DNA from: Candidatus Sulfomarinibacteraceae bacterium
Lineage (GTDB): Bacteria; Acidobacteriota; Thermoanaerobaculia; Thermoanaerobaculales; Sulfomarinibacteraceae
Reading direction: 5' to 3'
Assembly: GCA_963733915.1 (NCBI GenBank)
Contig: CAVTEP010000011.1
Span: 106,388 to 170,387, forward strand
DNA length: 64,000 nt
Shown: positions 60,079 to 64,000 of the stretch, piece after piece
Layout: every line of letters begins with the position of its first letter
Position numbering within the stretch: the stretch's first letter is position 1
The notes under the pieces: generated by a model
Seen by the model: only the letters and a program-made list of their open reading frames with translations
Told to the model about the DNA's origin: nothing
Databases searched by the model: none
Made by a program: the position numbers and the translations under genes

Positions 60079-60779
60079 CTATTCCGGTCGATTCATGCTC
60101 TCCGAAATGTGCAGGGCGACCAATCCGGCCACCATCACCGCCAGGTAGAGCTGGCCGAGCAGCGCCTCGAACCAGGCCAGGGTGCGCGCGTGCTCGGTCA
60201 CCGGCGTGATGTCACCGTAGCCGAGGGTGGTCATCGTCACAAAGCTGAAATACGTAAAGACAGGGAGGAGCGTCGCCTCTTCCGCCACCTGTTCGACCAT
60301 CGGAGTGTTGCTGAGGGCAAACGAGCCCGGCTCGCGATACTCGAGGTGGGTGTAGAACAGCGCGAACAGGATACCGATCAACACATAGGCGCAGAGCGCG
60401 CCGAAGATGCGCTCGCTGGTGGAGCGATTGCCGATGTAGAGGTCGTGCAACATGTTCCAGATCAGGAAGGCGAAGAAAACCGCCGATAGGAACAGGGTCG
60501 CGGCGTTGATGCGCGGAGAGTCGGCAATGAAGATCGACCCGACACGCATCACGAGCGCCGGCAGACCCAGCAACGCGGCCCAGACCGCGTTGTGCCGCGA
60601 TCGGACTGTCTCGACGAGGGCAGCGACCATGACTCCAGCCACCATGAGGTCGCTGAATTTTCCTCGAGTCACTGAGTCCGACACCAGCGCATCCACCAGG
60701 ATGACCACCACCAGCGCGATGAAGATGTTGCGGTAGGGCCGCTACGATAGGCTTCGAGAAGTGATCGACTGTGATTCAT
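60079..60779 (-). pseudogene. Potassium-channel-family membrane protein with an apparent 1-nt frameshift near the 5' end
   Basis: YFSFVTMTTLGYGDI selectivity filter; main frame has TAG upstream of PYRNIF; ATG 60779 is 1 nt out of frame. Confidence 0.65.
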
Positions 60780-60877
60780 CGTATGGAGATCCTACCGCAA
60801 CTCGCTCACATCTCTCTCGACGGTGGATCTCACACCGGAACATATTCGTTTTCGCGCCACGTTACACTCCTTCAGTC

Positions 60878-61660
60878 ATGACTCTCGAGCTCAGATACGT
60901 CAGCAAGTCGTATGACGGTGGACGGACCTTTGCCGTCGACGACGTCAGCTTTACGGCGGCACCCGGAGAGCTCGTGGTCCTTGTCGGCGAATCCGGCTCG
61001 GGCAAGACGACGACGCTCAAGACCATCAATCGGCTGGTCGAGCCGACAGGTGGACAGGTCTTGATCGATGGAACGGATGTCAACAAACGAGCGGCGGTCG
61101 AGCTCAGACGGTCGATCGGCTATGTCTTCCAGGGCATCGGTCTCTTCCCTCACCTCTCGATCGCCCACAACGTGGGGATCATCCCGACCCTGCTCGGATG
61201 GGATGAAGAGCGAATCGATCGCCGGGTCTCAGAGCTTCTCGAGCTGGTTCACCTGGATCCCGACGAGTATGGCCCGAGGATGCCGGCCGAGCTTTCGGGA
61301 GGTCAAAGCCAGCGGGTCGGCTTTGCGCGGGCGCTGGCGGGGGGCGCGTCACTGATGTTGCTCGACGAGCCCTTCGGCGCGCTCGACCCCATCACCCGCG
61401 ACGTTTTGCGGACCGAGTTCCAGCAGATTCAACGCGAGCTCAATCTGACCGCGGTCCTCGTCACCCACGACATGACCGAGGCGCTGTTGCTGGGCGACCA
61501 CATCATCGTCATGCGCAACGGGCGGGTCGCAGGCCGGGGATCGCCGCGTGAGATCCTGCACGACCCCGGAGACCCCTATGTGGCGCGGCTCATGGAGTCG
61601 CCGACCCGCCAGGCCGAGCGGCTGGCGGCGATGATCGACGACGATCGGGTGCCGCCGTGA
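60878..61660 (+). CDS. Osmoprotectant ABC transporter ATP-binding protein (ProV/OpuA-like)
   Basis: GESGSGKTT, LSGGQ.QRVG, LLDEPFGALDPITR, VTHD. Confidence 0.93.
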   Translation: MTLELRYVSKSYDGGRTFAVDDVSFTAAPGELVVLVGESGSGKTTTLKTINRLVEPTGGQVLIDGTDVNKRAAVELRRSIGYVFQGIGLFPHLSIAHNVGIIPTLLGWDEERIDRRVSELLELVHLDPDEYGPRMPAELSGGQSQRVGFARALAGGASLMLLDEPFGALDPITRDVLRTEFQQIQRELNLTAVLVTHDMTEALLLGDHIIVMRNGRVAGRGSPREILHDPGDPYVARLMESPTRQAERLAAMIDDDRVPP

Positions 61661-63252
61661 CGGGTAATCTCTCCGACCGTCTGGCCGAGCTCCCCGAGTT
61701 GCTCGCCGGCCACCTGCTGCTCTCGGTGTCCGCGCTGGTGATCGGCGTCGTCATCAGCGTCCCGCTCGGCATCGCCGCCACCCGCCATCCGCGAATTCGC
61801 GGGCCGGTACTGACTCTGGCCGGCCTCATCCAGACGGTCCCCAGCATGGCCTTGCTGGCGCTGATGGTGCCGTTGCTCGGAGGGATGATCGGGTTCGTGC
61901 CGGCGTTTATCGCCCTGACGCTCTACAGCATGCTGCCGGTGCTCCGCAACACCGTCACCGGCATCCTCGAGATCGACCCCTCCATGACCGAAGCCGCACG
62001 CGGCGTCGGCATGACCGACCGCCAGTCGCTGCTCTGGGTCGAGCTCCCGCTTGCGGCACCGATCATCATCGCCGGTGTACGAACCGCTACGGTGTGGGTG
62101 GTCGGGATGGCGACCCTCTCGACACCGGTCGGTGCGCCCAGTCTCGGCAACTACATCTTTCTCGGCCTCCAGACCCGCAACTGGGTCGCCATCCTCTTCG
62201 GCTGCTTCTTCGCCGCCGCGTTGGCGATCGTGCTCGACCAGCTCATCCGGCTGATGGAGCACGCCGCCCGCCTCCGCAGCCCGCGTCTGGCCTGGGCTGC
62301 GGTGACCGGTCTGCTCGTCATCGTCATCGGTGGGCTGCTGCCGGCGGCTGCGCGCCTGGCACCCGGATCGGCGAAAACCGGCCTCCCGGAGATCGAGACC
62401 TCGACGGGCAGGGGGGAATCTCCGCCGTCACTGGCGGGACATGAGCTGACGGTCGGCTCGAAGGGCTTCACCGAGCAGTACATTTTGGCCGAGCTCCTCA
62501 GCCTGGAGCTCGAGGCCGCGGGTGCGACGGTCCGGCGACGGCCCAACATGGGCTCGACGATTCTCTTCGATGCGCTGCGGAGCAACACCGTCGATGTCTT
62601 TGTCGACTATTCGGGGACGATCTGGGCGACGATCATGAAGCGGTCGGAGCCCACCGACCGCGCCGCGATGCTGCTCGAGGTTTCTTCCTTCCTCGAGGTC
62701 GAGTACGGGGTCGTCACCCTCGGCCGGCTCGGTTTCGAAAACGCCTACGCCCTGGCCATGAGCCGCACCCGGTCGATCGAGCTCGGAGTCCGCGGTATCG
62801 ACGACCTCGGCCCGCTCGCCGATCGTCTGACCCTCGGCGGCGACCCCGAGTTCTTTGGTCGTCCCGAGTGGTCACGGGTGCGCGAGATCTACGGTCTCGA
62901 TCGAATCCGGACCCGCAGCATGGACTCGACATTCATGTACGACGCGGTGCGCGACTCCGAGGTCGACGCCATCACCGCCTACTCCACCGACGGCCGTATT
63001 CCGGCATTCGACCTCGTTGTACTCGAAGACCCACTCCAGGCCTTGCCGCCATACGACGCCATCCTCCTCCTGTCGCCGCGGGCGGCCGAGAATCGGCCAC
63101 TCGTGGAAACTCTGCTGCCACTTGTCGACGCGGTGTCCGGGGACGCGATGCGGTCGGCCAACAAGATGGTCGACATCGATGGCCTGTCGATCGAAGAGGC
63201 GGCGACGGGACTGCGGCGCCGGATCGGTGATCGAGGCCTCGAGGGCCGATAG
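61657..63252 (+). CDS. Fused permease/substrate-binding glycine betaine/choline ABC component
   Basis: QTVPSMAL, EAARGVGMT loop, GSKGFTEQYIL, FENAYALA, PPYDA. Confidence 0.92.
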   Translation: MTGNLSDRLAELPELLAGHLLLSVSALVIGVVISVPLGIAATRHPRIRGPVLTLAGLIQTVPSMALLALMVPLLGGMIGFVPAFIALTLYSMLPVLRNTVTGILEIDPSMTEAARGVGMTDRQSLLWVELPLAAPIIIAGVRTATVWVVGMATLSTPVGAPSLGNYIFLGLQTRNWVAILFGCFFAAALAIVLDQLIRLMEHAARLRSPRLAWAAVTGLLVIVIGGLLPAAARLAPGSAKTGLPEIETSTGRGESPPSLAGHELTVGSKGFTEQYILAELLSLELEAAGATVRRRPNMGSTILFDALRSNTVDVFVDYSGTIWATIMKRSEPTDRAAMLLEVSSFLEVEYGVVTLGRLGFENAYALAMSRTRSIELGVRGIDDLGPLADRLTLGGDPEFFGRPEWSRVREIYGLDRIRTRSMDSTFMYDAVRDSEVDAITAYSTDGRIPAFDLVVLEDPLQALPPYDAILLLSPRAAENRPLVETLLPLVDAVSGDAMRSANKMVDIDGLSIEEAATGLRRRIGDRGLEGR

Positions 63253-63301
63253 AATCGTCGCAACCGGGCTACAATCACGCCGTAACCCGCGGAGGAGCCA
63301 C

Positions 63302-64000
63302 ATGCGTCAGATCATCATCGCCACGATCATCTCTCTGGTCGCTACGGTCCCGTGCGGGGCACTGGAGTTTCTCAACGTCGAGCTGTGTGCGGAGCGGGTG
63401 GACACCGGCGTTGTTCTCCCGGTCGACTCACCGCTGTCGCTCGAGAGCGTCGAGATCGGCAAGTACGGTGGGCTGGTGATGCTGCTCCACTCGAAATCCG
63501 GCGACGTCCTCGCACTGGTCGACGATCTGATGACGCCCTACACCGGCGCCCGCGGCACCGGCGACGAACGCAAGCTCGAGTGGTCGGGCAACCAGATCAC
63601 GGCCTTTGCCCAGGTCATCAAGAAGGGCTACGTGGCCCTCGCCATCACGGCGGCCGATGATTGCGTGCCCGACCCCGAGCCCGTCGCGGCGGTCGATCGT
63701 GTCGAACCCGAGGCGCCGACGCCGGAGCCCACCCCCTCCGGCGACAGCCAGGCATTGAAGGCACCGGTCGCGGCCGCAGCCGCGCCTGCCGTAGCCGTGG
63801 TGGCAACCCAGAAACAGCCGCCGCAGTTCGAGCTCAAGGGCCGCCTCAAACACGCTGCCGCCGAGGGGGATTGGGTGGACGTGATGGGCGTGGTCGTCAA
63901 CGCGAGCGGCGCGTTTTACACCGTCGCCAGCTTCGACCTCAGTTTCTATGACGCCGCCGGTGAACTCATCTGCGTCGACACGATCTCGGTCAACCAGCTC
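63302..64000 (+). CDS. Secreted hypothetical protein with a Pro/Ala linker and an FxLYD-like domain, truncated by the window end
   Basis: GGAGGAG RBS; MRQIIIATIISLVATVPCGA signal peptide; open to 64000; ends GVVVN....FDLSFYDAAGE. Confidence 0.7.
   Translation, partial: MRQIIIATIISLVATVPCGALEFLNVELCAERVDTGVVLPVDSPLSLESVEIGKYGGLVMLLHSKSGDVLALVDDLMTPYTGARGTGDERKLEWSGNQITAFAQVIKKGYVALAITAADDCVPDPEPVAAVDRVEPEAPTPEPTPSGDSQALKAPVAAAAAPAVAVVATQKQPPQFELKGRLKHAAAEGDWVDVMGVVVNASGAFYTVASFDLSFYDAAGELICVDTISVNQL

Overview
GC-rich bacterial window from a diderm (OmpH/Skp, OmpW, FadL-like barrels); gene content and the repeated C-terminal domains suggest Acidobacteriota/Thermoanaerobaculia, which is an inference. 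About 1-36 kb is mostly housekeeping and envelope genes (dsbA-like, recA, LTA-synthase family, skp, OmpR- and NtrC-type regulators, ligA, pcnB, nrdR, UDP-GlcA decarboxylase, pyrimidine-nucleoside phosphorylase, surE, putP-like, queD). About 36-49 kb is the most unusual part: two paralogous pairs of STAND-like P-loop ATPases (TPR-TM-ATPase A + ATPase B-Ser/Thr kinase; truncated ATPase A' + CadC-like wHTH-ATPase B') enclose two paralogous FadL-like barrels. Each barrel is divergent from a secreted/outer-membrane gene, and both spacers share a cis-element with three CCTCA repeats at 11-bp spacing. About 49-60 kb is a symporter-based glycan-utilisation cluster with signs of decay, followed by a frameshifted K+ channel and an osmoprotectant ABC transporter. 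Intergenic DNA carries several families of 7/8-nt tandem repeats, often in inverted pairs, a CTAG-bounded MITE-like element and many apparent leaderless promoters. No rRNA, tRNA, CRISPR array or transposase was recognised. All calls are from motif reading without database searches, and start codons are best estimates.
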